Part shown: positions 42,003 through 51,986 of the stretch, piece after piece
Position numbering within the stretch: position 1 is the stretch's first letter
Layout: the number at the start of each line of letters is the position of its first letter
Notes under the pieces: model-generated
What the model saw: the letters and a program-made list of their open reading frames with translations, nothing else
Told to the model about the DNA's origin: nothing
Database searches by the model: none
Translations under genes and position numbers: made by a program
Assembly (NCBI GenBank): GCA_034520565.1
Contig: JAXHNL010000002.1
Location: 608,001-672,000, forward strand
Source: Halodesulfurarchaeum sp.
GTDB taxonomy: Archaea; Halobacteriota; Halobacteria; Halobacteriales; Halobacteriaceae
Length of the DNA: 64,000 nucleotides
Direction of reading: 5' to 3'

Positions 42003-43116
42003 GCACACCGAATCGCTCATTCGGGAACTCGATGCGGCCCGCGAGGAGCGCGAGCGAGCGATCGAACGGGTCGAGGCGATCGGCGAGGGACAACTCGGCC
42101 GGCTCGAGGATACCTACGAGGAATTCACCACGCTGCTCGCCAAATACGAGGACCGCGCGAGCGGGTCCGGGGATTTCCAGGCCTTCGTCGAGTTCCAGGA
42201 GCGTCTCGACGCGTTCATCGAGGATCTCCCCGCGGACCTCACCGAGCGGGAGGCCTTCGAGGAAATCGACGACCGACTGCAGAAGCGACGGCTCACCGAC
42301 ACGGACTTCGAATGGGCCCGGTCCCGTCTGGAACCCGTCGAGGACCTGCTCGCCCGCCTCGAGGAGCGGAGCGACGCCAAACGCCGGGTGTTGGCCCTTG
42401 AGGGGGACGTTCAGGAGGCGATCTACGAAACGAAGGCCAGAATCGACCGGCTCGAGACCGTTCGCTCGCTCGGCAGCGCGGATCTCGACGCGCCAGTTGC
42501 CGACCTTCGCGAGCCGATCGAGCGATACAACGACTCGGCCCGGGCGGCCGTGACCGAGTTCCGGCGGTCGGCATCGGCGCAAACGGTCCTCTCGCTGCTC
42601 CAGCGGGCACAGCGATTTCCGCTCGTGCCGGTTCCCGAACCGCCCGCAGAACTCGTCGAGTACCTCGACTCGGCACCGGTCGGCGGGGAACCGATCCCCA
42701 CGCTCCTCGAATACGCCGACTACTCGCGGTCGAAACTCGGCCACTACGTCGAGTCGCCGGCGACCTTCGCCCGGATCGTCGGCGGAAATCGAACCTATCT
42801 CGACGGAATCGACGCCGAGCCGTTTACCGTCGAATGGCCACCGCCGGGGGCCGAAACGCTTCGCTGGCGCGGGCGGGAACTAATCGCCCTGCTCGATCGA
42901 TTCGCCCCCGAGGAGACGATCGCCGCGTTCCGGGACGCCTTCGAGATGGCCCGCGCGGACCCGGACCGGTACGCGCGACTCCGGAAAACCGCACGGGCGC
43001 GTTCGGAACTCAGCGAGGACGAACGTCGGCGAGTCGCGGCGGGAGCGATAGAGGAGGGACTTTCCGCCGAGCGCGACCGCCTCGCGGCTCTGGAGGCTGC
43101 ACTCGACTCGAACTGA
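41992..43116 (+). CDS. Coiled-coil hypothetical protein
   Basis: Acidic helical ORF overlapping the hisI stop; host-like codon usage. Confidence 0.75.
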   Translation: MSTEHTESLIRELDAAREERERAIERVEAIGEGQLGRLEDTYEEFTTLLAKYEDRASGSGDFQAFVEFQERLDAFIEDLPADLTEREAFEEIDDRLQKRRLTDTDFEWARSRLEPVEDLLARLEERSDAKRRVLALEGDVQEAIYETKARIDRLETVRSLGSADLDAPVADLREPIERYNDSARAAVTEFRRSASAQTVLSLLQRAQRFPLVPVPEPPAELVEYLDSAPVGGEPIPTLLEYADYSRSKLGHYVESPATFARIVGGNRTYLDGIDAEPFTVEWPPPGAETLRWRGRELIALLDRFAPEETIAAFRDAFEMARADPDRYARLRKTARARSELSEDERRRVAAGAIEEGLSAERDRLAALEAALDSN

Positions 43117-43167
43117 TCGGGGGTCAGTACGAACCTTCTTAACCGATTGGACAAAACTCAACTCCGA

Positions 43168-46100
43168 ATGGCTTCGGCCCGGGACCAGGAACTGACCGAC
43201 CGATTCGAGACGTTCTACCGCGAGTATCGCAGCGACGCGATCGCCGATCTCGCGCGGGGTTATCCGCGCGAGGCGAAGTCCCTCGAGATCGATTACGAGG
43301 ACCTCTTCCGGTTCGACCCGGACTTCGTCGACGACCTCCTCGAGACGCCGCGGCGCTTCCTCGACGCGGCGGAGGAGGCCCTGCGGCTTTACGATTTGCC
43401 GGTGGACAGGGACCTCGCGAACGCGCACGTGCGGGTCACGAACCTCCCGGATCCGACCGAGATCCGGGACATCCGCTCGGAGCACCTGGGCACGCTGATC
43501 GCCGTCCAGGGCATCGTCCGGAAGGCGACGAGCGTGAAGCCCAAGATCGAGCAGGCGGCCTTCGAGTGTCTCCGTTGTGGCACGATCACCGTCGTTCCCC
43601 AGGCGGACGGCGACTTCCAGGACCCCTACCAGTGTGACGGCTGCGAACGGGAGGGCCCCTTCCAGTTTTTGACGGACGCCAACGAGACGGCGTTCGTCGA
43701 CGCCCAGAAGCTGCGGATCCAGGAGAGCCCCGAGGGGCTTGGCGGCGGGGAGACCCCCGAGAACATCGACATGCACATCGAGGACGACATCACTGGGAGG
43801 GTAAGCCCCGGCGATCACGTCACCGCTATCGGTATCCTTCGGCTCGACGACAGCGACATCGAATCGACGGACTCCCGGGTGTTCGATATGTACCTCGAGG
43901 GCGTCTCCGTGACGATCGAGGACGAGGAGTTCGAGGAGATGGAGATCTCCGAAACCGAGCGCGAGGAGATCATCCGCCTCTCCGAGGAGCCGGACATCTA
44001 CGAGCGTATCGTCGACTCCATCGCCCCGACCATCTACGGCTTCGAGGTGGCGAAACTGGCGATCGCCCTGCAACTGTTCTCCGGCGTGACCAAGCACCTC
44101 CCGGACGGGGCGCGGATCCGCGGAGACATTCACATTCTCCTGGTGGGTGACCCCGGAACTGGCAAATCTCAGATACTTCAGTATATCCGACATATCGCTC
44201 CACGGTCAGTGTACACCTCCGGCAAGGGGAGCTCCGCGGCCGGGCTCACTGCCGCCGCCGTCCGGGACGATTTCGGCGACGGCCAACAGTGGTCACTCGA
44301 AGCCGGGGCGCTGGTCCTGGCGGACAAGGGCGTCGCGGCGGTGGACGAGTTGGACAAGATGGCCTGCGTGACCGGTGATACGCTCGTCTCCCTCGGCAAC
44401 GGGAAGATAGAGCGAATCGGCGAACTCGCCCGTGAGGAAGCAGCGGAGGGATCCATCGAACATCTCGATAACGGGCGTATCATCAGGAATTTGGACGGTC
44501 TCTCCGTTGAGACGATGACTGAGGACGGGACCATCGATGAACGGCCCGTAACAGCCATCCACGAATACGACGCACCGAGTGAACTCTGTGAGGTCACACT
44601 CGAATCCGGCGAGTCACTCACGGCCACGCCCGATCATCCGTTTTTCGTCTGGGAGTCGGGGGAACGAGTAGAACGACCGGCTGTTGACCTTTCACCGGGC
44701 GATTGGGTTTTCGTTCCGGAGACATCCTTGCCGGTGGCAGGGGACGGTGGCAGCGTGACAAGCGAGGAGAACGCGGCACAGAACCTAATAGCGGTCCAGT
44801 CCTCGAAGGTTGCACTTTCGGCAGTCTTAGGATATCTCTCCGGGGATGGAAATGTCTACTACAACCAAACCGAGGGATCCTACGGTGTCCGTTTCATCAA
44901 TAGCGAAGAGGAACTTCTCTCGCACTTCGAACAGGTGGCAGGTCTGGCGTTCGATACGTTACCAGTACGGCATCCCAGCGAGCAACGAAAAGATGGCGTG
45001 GAAACTGTTCGGGTCAACGGGAAGTCAGCTGCCGAAACAGTCCTCGATGCTGGGATGAACCTTCAGACCTATGATGGAAAGGCGTTCCCAACAAGCGTCA
45101 CAGAGGGTGAACGAGCTGAAAAGGCAGCTTTCGTTCGTGCACTTGCAGATAGCGAGGGGTCAGTCGATACGGCTACTGGCAACGTAAAAATCCACTCGGC
45201 GAGCCGTGAACTGATGACCGGCACGAAAGAGATTCTTCGACAATTTGGCATCACGTCTCAAATACAGCATCGGAGCCGAACAGAGAAACGCGATCTGTTC
45301 ATACTGGTGATTACGGATGCAGAATCATTGCGCAACTTCCGCACCCATATTGGATTTACACTCTCACGAAAACAGGAAGCGCTGGAAGCCGTCGCAGCAG
45401 CTGTTGATGGCAGTCGGACGATACTTGATGTCATCCCCGATATCGGGGACCGGCTCGAGAAAATCCGCAGACAACTCCGACTCTACCAATCCGAATGTGG
45501 GACATCGGCCTATGGGGATTTCGAACGGGGAACCGCAAATACGTCGATCCATCGCGCAAAGGAAATTTTAGTGTCTTTCGAGGAGCGGAAACGGCAAGCC
45601 GAAATTGATCTCGAGCGTCTGGAATCCGAAACCTCGTGGGGGGAATTGGCCGAAATACGAGATCGGTATCACGTTTCCCAATCGGACCTCGGTTCAGAAA
45701 TCGGCTGGAGCCAGCAATCAATATCGGAGTCATGGGGGGCCGATAAAAACCTCAAGCAGGCCGTTCGAACCGGTTTAGGAGACCTTATCGACCCGGTCTC
45801 GACGACGGATTTGTCGTGGTTTAAATCGCTTGTAGAGGGGGATGTCAAGTGGCGACGCGTGAAGTCGGTCTCCCAAACCTCCGCGCCGCAGGTCGACGAT
45901 CGAATTCCACAGATTCGAAACGATCTGGCCCACACTTTGAACTGTTCGCCAAAACACGTCGAAGAGAAAGCGAAGACTCTACTTGAGACGGATGTAGACC
46001 TCTCGAATTGGGAAGACATCAAAATCGCACTTGATACCTTTGACATTTCTCAACACGAAATTGCGAATCACGTCAATGTCGATCAGTCGACCATTTCGAG

Positions 46101-47772
46101 ATGGATTACTGGCGCCGTGGAAACGTCGGAAATTGAGCGCGTTCGTACGGCGACGAAACTCCTCATTTCCCAAAAACGGCAGTACCTCGAGAGAAAACTG
46201 GGGGAAATTGCGGAACGGCGTTCGCCAAAAGTGTACGATCTGACCGTCGAAGGAACCCACAATTTCGTCGCCAACGGGATGGTCGTTCACAACTCCGACG
46301 ACAGGTCCGCAATGCACGAAGCGCTGGAGCAGCAGTCCTATCACCCCGAAACGGAGATCCTGCTTGCCGACGGTCGCCGCGTCAAAATCGGCGAATTTGT
46401 CGACGAACAGATGGCGACCCGAGAAGACGAAATCGTGGACGGAGTCGATTGTGAGATCCTTCCGGTTGATGGCGTGGCTGTTCACTCGACGGACATGGAA
46501 TCCGGAAAGACATCTGAACTTCCCGTCGATCGTGTCAGTAGGCACGAGGCACCGTCGGAGTTTGTTCAGGTGTCATTCTCTAATGACCAGAAAATCACGG
46601 TGACGCCGGAGCACCCGATGTTCGTCGCTAAGGGAAAAGCCGTGAAAACGATCGAAGCGAGTGAGGTGGAGACTGGCACCTTCGTTCCTGCCCCGGTCGG
46701 TGAGTTACTGAGTGGGTCCGAGACCGTGTCGGAGGTGAAACAGTCTGTATCTGACGGTGGTGAGTCACTTTCACAGGACTTCTCCTATCTGCAGGTCACT
46801 GACGTCGAAACGGTCCCGAACGAGGGCGAATACGCCACTGACTGGGTCTATGACGTAACCGTCGAGCCCACGAACACGTTCGTCAGCCAGGGGGTTATCC
46901 TCCATAATTCGATCAGTATCTCAAAGGCCGGAATCAACGCGACCCTCAAATCCCGGTGTGCGCTTCTCGGGGCGGCCAACCCCGAACTCGGACGGTTCGA
47001 CCGCTACGAGACGCCGGCCAACCAGATCGACCTCGAACCCGCGCTCGTTTCGCGGTTCGATCTGATCTTCACCGTCACCGACAAGCCGGACGAGGAGAAA
47101 GACGCCAACCTCGCCGAGCACATCCTCAGGACGAACTACGCCGGGGAACTCAACACCCACCGGACGAAGGTCAACACCTCGAACGTCTCCGCGAGCGACG
47201 TCGACAAGGCGACCGAGTCGGTGTCGCCGGCGATCGAACCGGACATCATGCGGAAGTACATCGCCTACGCGCGCTCGACGTGCTTTCCGACCATGACCGA
47301 CGCCGCGGAATCCCGGATCCGGGAGTTCTACGTCGACCTGCGCTCGCAGGGAACGGGTGAGGACTCGCCGGTTCCCGTGACCGCCCGGAAGCTGGAGGCG
47401 ATCGTCCGACTCGCCGAGGCCTCGGCCCGCGTGCGGCTCTCCGATACCGTCGAGATGGAGGACGCCGAACGCGCCCTCGATATCGTCGAGACGACGCTCA
47501 AGGAGATCGGGATGGACCCCGAGACCGGCCAGTACGACGCCGACGTCATCGAGACCGGACAGTCCAAAACCCAGCGGGACCGCATCCGGACGATCAAGGA
47601 GCTCATCGTCGAGATCGAATCCGAGTTCGACGAGGGTGCGCCGATCGACGAGGTGCTCGCCCGTGCGGAGGAGGTCGACATGGACCGGTCGAGGGCCGAA
47701 CACGAGATCGAGAAGCTGAAAACCCAGGGCGAGGTCTACGAACCGACGACCGAGCACCTCCGGACGACGTGA
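43168..47772 (+). CDS. mcm: Replicative helicase MCM with two inteins
   Basis: Zn finger CxxC..CxxC, GDPGTGKS, VDELDKM, ISKAGI, SRFDLIF, TARKLEA. Confidence 0.97.
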   Translation: MASARDQELTDRFETFYREYRSDAIADLARGYPREAKSLEIDYEDLFRFDPDFVDDLLETPRRFLDAAEEALRLYDLPVDRDLANAHVRVTNLPDPTEIRDIRSEHLGTLIAVQGIVRKATSVKPKIEQAAFECLRCGTITVVPQADGDFQDPYQCDGCEREGPFQFLTDANETAFVDAQKLRIQESPEGLGGGETPENIDMHIEDDITGRVSPGDHVTAIGILRLDDSDIESTDSRVFDMYLEGVSVTIEDEEFEEMEISETEREEIIRLSEEPDIYERIVDSIAPTIYGFEVAKLAIALQLFSGVTKHLPDGARIRGDIHILLVGDPGTGKSQILQYIRHIAPRSVYTSGKGSSAAGLTAAAVRDDFGDGQQWSLEAGALVLADKGVAAVDELDKMACVTGDTLVSLGNGKIERIGELAREEAAEGSIEHLDNGRIIRNLDGLSVETMTEDGTIDERPVTAIHEYDAPSELCEVTLESGESLTATPDHPFFVWESGERVERPAVDLSPGDWVFVPETSLPVAGDGGSVTSEENAAQNLIAVQSSKVALSAVLGYLSGDGNVYYNQTEGSYGVRFINSEEELLSHFEQVAGLAFDTLPVRHPSEQRKDGVETVRVNGKSAAETVLDAGMNLQTYDGKAFPTSVTEGERAEKAAFVRALADSEGSVDTATGNVKIHSASRELMTGTKEILRQFGITSQIQHRSRTEKRDLFILVITDAESLRNFRTHIGFTLSRKQEALEAVAAAVDGSRTILDVIPDIGDRLEKIRRQLRLYQSECGTSAYGDFERGTANTSIHRAKEILVSFEERKRQAEIDLERLESETSWGELAEIRDRYHVSQSDLGSEIGWSQQSISESWGADKNLKQAVRTGLGDLIDPVSTTDLSWFKSLVEGDVKWRRVKSVSQTSAPQVDDRIPQIRNDLAHTLNCSPKHVEEKAKTLLETDVDLSNWEDIKIALDTFDISQHEIANHVNVDQSTISRWITGAVETSEIERVRTATKLLISQKRQYLERKLGEIAERRSPKVYDLTVEGTHNFVANGMVVHNSDDRSAMHEALEQQSYHPETEILLADGRRVKIGEFVDEQMATREDEIVDGVDCEILPVDGVAVHSTDMESGKTSELPVDRVSRHEAPSEFVQVSFSNDQKITVTPEHPMFVAKGKAVKTIEASEVETGTFVPAPVGELLSGSETVSEVKQSVSDGGESLSQDFSYLQVTDVETVPNEGEYATDWVYDVTVEPTNTFVSQGVILHNSISISKAGINATLKSRCALLGAANPELGRFDRYETPANQIDLEPALVSRFDLIFTVTDKPDEEKDANLAEHILRTNYAGELNTHRTKVNTSNVSASDVDKATESVSPAIEPDIMRKYIAYARSTCFPTMTDAAESRIREFYVDLRSQGTGEDSPVPVTARKLEAIVRLAEASARVRLSDTVEMEDAERALDIVETTLKEIGMDPETGQYDADVIETGQSKTQRDRIRTIKELIVEIESEFDEGAPIDEVLARAEEVDMDRSRAEHEIEKLKTQGEVYEPTTEHLRTT
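44365..46293 (+). mobile_element. Large intein in MCM (643 aa) with LAGLIDADG endonuclease and extra HTH modules
   Basis: After DELDKMA; starts CVTGDT, TPDHPF, LAGLIDADG-like VLGYLSGDG and FVRALADSEG, ends VVHN/S. Confidence 0.93.
46336..46908 (+). mobile_element. Mini-intein in MCM (191 aa)
   Basis: After ALEQQ; starts SYHPET, TPEHP, ends ILHN/S; no endonuclease. Confidence 0.92.
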
Positions 47773-47812
47773 GGATCCGAACGCTCATTGGACCGCCACC
47801 GTCAATACGACC

Positions 47813-48091
47813 ATGGACCGCATCGCTGCCCTTCGGACCGTCGAGGACGCCCTGTCGGCCTTCGAGCGGGGCGAAATCGATCTCGACACGATGGCAGCCC
47901 GGGTACAGGGCACCCTCCGAACCTACGCGACCGAGTTCGAGGACGGCGGACTCCGCGCCTATCGAGCCACGGGCGAGCCGGCAATAGAGGGATTGGTCGT
48001 CGTCGCCGAATCGCCGGGGGCAGCACGGGAGCAGATCGCGGCGTTGGTGGATGTCGACCGACCCGATTTCGACATCGAACGCGCGGGGTGA
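47813..48091 (+). CDS. Hypothetical protein, first gene of the minD-linked cluster
   Basis: 92-aa acidic ORF directly after mcm. Confidence 0.72.
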   Translation: MDRIAALRTVEDALSAFERGEIDLDTMAARVQGTLRTYATEFEDGGLRAYRATGEPAIEGLVVVAESPGAAREQIAALVDVDRPDFDIERAG

Positions 48092-48129
48092 TCGAATCCT
48101 TTTTTTGGCAGACAGCATCGGGATAACAT

Positions 48130-48468
48130 GTGTTGTTGGTCATCGCCTATTCGTCGGCCGCCCGCCAGCAGCTCCGGAACACCGAGCGCTCCTTTCCCGG
48201 GGTGTTCCGACGCCGGTTCGGGCGGGTGGGACTGCTCGCGGAGACGGAACTGGGGGCCTTTCTCGCGTTACGGATCCGGGAAGCACACGGTGCCGACGTG
48301 CAACTCGCTCGGACTGAACCGCTCAACGAGTTTCGCGACGTTCCGGCGGCCGTTCGCGAAGCGGCGGCCGCCTACGCCGACCGGGAGTCGCGGGCGACTC
48401 CGTACGAGAAATTCGCCGCGGGAACGCCACATCCGGGGATCGACGCCCTTCGGGATCGCGAGCTATGA
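48130..48468 (+). CDS. Hypothetical protein (minD-linked operon)
   Basis: GTG start; coupled to the next gene by an ATGA overlap. Confidence 0.72.
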   Translation: MLLVIAYSSAARQQLRNTERSFPGVFRRRFGRVGLLAETELGAFLALRIREAHGADVQLARTEPLNEFRDVPAAVREAAAAYADRESRATPYEKFAAGTPHPGIDALRDREL

Positions 48469-49292
48469 GGATCCGGGTCGGCGAGACCGAGCTGGTCGGG
48501 CAAGCGGTCGACCTCCGATCGTACGATGTGCGCCCCGGACGGCTGGTGGCGGCGGTCCGGGACTCGGCTGCCGACCTCGTGGTCGCTCCGTCACCGGACC
48601 CGATACATCGGCATGTCGGACTTATCCGACCGGGCATGCAGTTCGACTGCGGCGGAGCCCTCGCCGATGCCGGCCGTTCGATCGGTCTCGAATCGCCCCA
48701 GGCGGCCGAGATCGCTCGGCTGGATCGCGAGATCGCGGCCATCGAGCCGGCGTCACCGGACCTTCGTGCCGCCCGACAGCGGGCCGCCGAAGCGGGGGCC
48801 GATCTCGCGGCCTTGAAAGAGGCGGTAGCCAGAATCAGTGGACGGTTGAACGCCCGACGGGACGCTGGTCTTCCCACTGCGGAGGTGGAACAGGAACTCG
48901 ACGCGCGCACCCGCGAACTCACGGAAGCGGAAACGGCGGCGATCGCGGCCGAGGAAGCGCTCTCTCGGGCGGAAGCGAGGGCCGAAACCGCTCGGGACGA
49001 GCGGGAGCGGCGCCTCTCGCTCGTCGATAGCCGGGAGAATCGCCGTCGCGAGGCCCGGCAGTGGTTTCGGAACGCCCTGGGTGCTTCCTTCGAGCGATCA
49101 CTCCGTAGCCTCCCGGTCTCGACGGAACCGGCCCGACCGTCGGGTTTTGCCGGCCCTGCTCGCGAGGCGGCACTGGCTATCGCCAGAATTGCCGGCCTTT
49201 CGGCGCCGGTCGTCCTCGCCGATGGGCCGTTCGAAACGGCGGTCCAAGCGCGGGGGGCACTCGACTGCCCGGTGGTCCTGGCCAGAGTTTAA
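48465..49292 (+). CDS. Coiled-coil hypothetical protein (minD-linked operon)
   Basis: Long Ala/Glu/Arg heptad region. Confidence 0.72.
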   Translation: MRIRVGETELVGQAVDLRSYDVRPGRLVAAVRDSAADLVVAPSPDPIHRHVGLIRPGMQFDCGGALADAGRSIGLESPQAAEIARLDREIAAIEPASPDLRAARQRAAEAGADLAALKEAVARISGRLNARRDAGLPTAEVEQELDARTRELTEAETAAIAAEEALSRAEARAETARDERERRLSLVDSRENRRREARQWFRNALGASFERSLRSLPVSTEPARPSGFAGPAREAALAIARIAGLSAPVVLADGPFETAVQARGALDCPVVLARV

Positions 49293-49318
49293 ACACGGAG
49301 ATGGGCCCAGTGTCGCCC

Positions 49319-49753
49319 ATGGACTGCACCGTTACGACGACGGCGATCGACGGCGCGTCGCTGGTGTCCGCGGTCGTCGAAAATCCGCACGACGAGCCCG
49401 CCCGCTTCCGGGTGGAAAACGATTGTGACGGTCCGGTCTGGCCGCCCCGCCGCCGGGGCTACGTCGAACCGGGCTGGGACGAGTCGGGGTATGAAGGCGT
49501 GCTGGAACCGGGCGAGTGTGTCTCGCTCGGCTATGCCGTCCCGGCCGAGCCTGCCGAGCCACCGGCGCGGCTCGCCTGGACCGAACCGGCCACCTCGATC
49601 GACCGGGGCGGGGACGCGGGTACTTCGGCCGTCGTGGACGAGCACGCCGCCGATTCGACGGCCCGCTCCTTCACAGACCCCCGACCGCCACGTGGCGTCC
49701 TTTCCCCGGGCAGTTCCCCTTCCGAACACCGGCCAACTGGTGAGTGGCCGTGA
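49319..49753 (+). CDS. Hypothetical protein (minD-linked operon)
   Basis: 'GPVWPPRR.G....GWD' beta-rich ORF whose stop overlaps the minD start. Confidence 0.68.
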   Translation: MDCTVTTTAIDGASLVSAVVENPHDEPARFRVENDCDGPVWPPRRRGYVEPGWDESGYEGVLEPGECVSLGYAVPAEPAEPPARLAWTEPATSIDRGGDAGTSAVVDEHAADSTARSFTDPRPPRGVLSPGSSPSEHRPTGEWP

Positions 49754-50433
49754 TCGTCACCGTTTGCGGTGGCAAAGGTGGCGTCGGAAAGAGTACGCTC
49801 TCGCTCAACCTCGGGGCGGCCCTCGACGCGGTCGTCGTCGACGCCGACTTCGGAATGGCCGATTTGCCGACCGACGGGGGTCCTACCCTCCACGACGTGC
49901 TCGCGGGCCGAGCTGATCCACTCGAGGCGGTCAGGACGGAGTGGGCCGTGGGCGTGCTTCCGGCGGGCCGATCCCTGGCCGGGGCCCGGTCGGTCGAACC
50001 GACCGAGCTGGTCGGGGTGCTCGAGACCCTCGCGGCGACCTACGAGTACGTGATCGTCGACGCCCCGGCCGGCTTCGACGCGGATGCGGCTCTCCCGATC
50101 GTCGCGGCAGACTGCTGTGTTCTCGTGACGACGCCCGACCCGGCGACGCTGGCCGACGCGGTGCGAACCCGCTCGCTGGCCCGGGAACTCGGGACCGACC
50201 TCGGGGCCGTGGTGTTGAACCGCGCGGCGGCGGTTCGCGAATCGGTCACCGAAACCCTCGGCGGGCCCCAGTTCGCGGTTCCCGATCGTGCCGACATCCA
50301 CGCCGCCCAGCAGTCCGGGCTTCCAGTCGCGCTCACCGATGCCCCACCGGCGGCTCGAACTCCGTTCGAGGCCGTCGCTTCCCACGTACGAACGCTGAAC
50401 CGGGACCGCCGAACGAACCCGCGAGAGAACTAA
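49750..50433 (+). CDS. minD: MinD/ParA-family ATPase
   Basis: Deviant Walker A GGKGGVGKST, VDAD, IVDAPAG. Confidence 0.85.
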   Translation: MIVTVCGGKGGVGKSTLSLNLGAALDAVVVDADFGMADLPTDGGPTLHDVLAGRADPLEAVRTEWAVGVLPAGRSLAGARSVEPTELVGVLETLAATYEYVIVDAPAGFDADAALPIVAADCCVLVTTPDPATLADAVRTRSLARELGTDLGAVVLNRAAAVRESVTETLGGPQFAVPDRADIHAAQQSGLPVALTDAPPAARTPFEAVASHVRTLNRDRRTNPREN

Positions 50434-50438
50434 TCGAC

Positions 50439-51299
50439 TCAGTTTGCAAGCACTCGGACGGCCGATCGAAGCGTCACGGGCGTGACGTCCGCCAGTGTGG
50501 CAGCTTCGGCCTGGGTCGGTCCACCTGCCTCGACATCGGTGACCGCATAGAGGGCCGCGGCGGCGACGCCGCTCGGGTTACGGCCGCCGATCTCGGCCGC
50601 GTCCGTCGCCTCGAGGAGCGAGCGGGCGGCCGCCTCGACGTCGGATCCGAGCCCGAGTTCCGTGGCGAAACGCGGGAGATACGAGGCGGGATCGATCGGG
50701 CCGGTCCGGAGCCCGAGTTCGCGGTTCATCGCGTCGTAGGCCGCCCGGAACTCGTCGTCGTCGGCCTTTGCGACTTCGGTGATCTCTCCGGTCGTGCGGG
50801 CCAACCCGTTCGTCCGGCAGACCGCGTAGACCGCCGCGGCGGCGAACCCCTCGAGCGACCGTCCCGGAAGGAGCCCCTCGTTCTGGGCCGATTCGAACAG
50901 CACGCAGGCCTGGTCGCGGATGTCCTTTGGGAGGGAGAGGTGAGCGGTGACCCGCCGGATCTCCGTGAATCCGTAGATCTGGTTGCGCTCGGCCGTCGAA
51001 CTGACCCGGGCCCGGTCGTGCTGGGTTCGCATCCGGCGCAGGCGCCGCCGCTTCCGTCCAGACACCCGGTTCGAGCGTCCGATTTCGGTCGAGAGTCCGC
51101 GGTCGTGGCGGGACCGGGACAGCGGGGCGCCGGTCCGGCGGCGATCGGGCCCGTCCTCGAAGGACCGCCACTCTGGGCCCCGGTCGAGCCGGTCCTCGTC
51201 GACGACCAGTCCACACTCTCCACAGACGGTTTCGGTTCCTTCCACGCGCAGTGCCCCCGCACATTCCGGACAGCTCCGGGTCGCCTCGGTGACGCTCAT
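50439..51299 (-). CDS. tfb: Transcription initiation factor IIB
   Basis: Zn ribbon CPEC..CGECG, D.GPEWRSF, GRS.E, GRNPSGVAAAA.Y. Confidence 0.93.
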   Translation of the reverse strand: MSVTEATRSCPECAGALRVEGTETVCGECGLVVDEDRLDRGPEWRSFEDGPDRRRTGAPLSRSRHDRGLSTEIGRSNRVSGRKRRRLRRMRTQHDRARVSSTAERNQIYGFTEIRRVTAHLSLPKDIRDQACVLFESAQNEGLLPGRSLEGFAAAAVYAVCRTNGLARTTGEITEVAKADDDEFRAAYDAMNRELGLRTGPIDPASYLPRFATELGLGSDVEAAARSLLEATDAAEIGGRNPSGVAAAALYAVTDVEAGGPTQAEAATLADVTPVTLRSAVRVLAN

Positions 51300-51470
51300 C
51301 ACATCTGAAACTTGACTCCGAACGGGTATTTAAGGTGGCACTGAACGAGGGGGTTGAACCCGGTGACAGCACGACGGAACCTACCGGTAACCGGTAGGCT
51401 GTCTGCGAGATATATCGGAAATCCAACTGCCACACGAACGTTTTTGTCCGGGGACGACCGAGGGGCGACC

Positions 51471-51986
51471 ATGTCGCTATCGGACATCGCCGAAGGGGTC
51501 GCCACGACCCGGACCCAGCAGGATCGGGGCGTCGCGGTCGTGGACCGGACGGAGGCCCCACTGGCTGCCGTACTCGAGGACGTCGCCGATGCCCTGCCAT
51601 GCGACGCGGAGACGGCGTCGGCACTTATCGAGGCCTATCGAGGAGGGGCGAGCGTCGGTGACGTTGCTACGCGGGGCGGGGTTCCACCGACGACCGCCGC
51701 GAAGACCCTTCACCTGCTGGGCTTCGAGGGACTCTCGCCGCTCTCGCCGCTCCAGCGGGACATTTGCCGGGACTGGCTCGCCGGCGACCTCGCCCGGGCC
51801 GAGGCCCGGGAACTCGCGGACGCGAGCGAACGCGAGTTCGCCCTGGGCGCCTACGTCGAGACGCACGATCCGATTCCGGGGGCCGGAGAGGCGATCGACG
51901 ACGCGCTTTCCTCGAGCGAGAACGCGATGGTCGAAAAACGGGAGACGCTGGCCGAGACGATGACCGCGGCGAGTGACTTCCTCTAG
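51471..51986 (+). CDS. Hypothetical HTH-like protein
   Basis: 'G.SVGDVA...GVPPTTAAKTLHLLG'; divergent from tfb. Confidence 0.7.
   Translation: MSLSDIAEGVATTRTQQDRGVAVVDRTEAPLAAVLEDVADALPCDAETASALIEAYRGGASVGDVATRGGVPPTTAAKTLHLLGFEGLSPLSPLQRDICRDWLAGDLARAEARELADASEREFALGAYVETHDPIPGAGEAIDDALSSSENAMVEKRETLAETMTAASDFL

Noticed and set aside
48130-48468. Cas2-like appearance of the N-terminus (MLLVIAYS)
   Set aside because: It lacks the Cas2 catalytic Asp (YD) and sits in a housekeeping minD operon.
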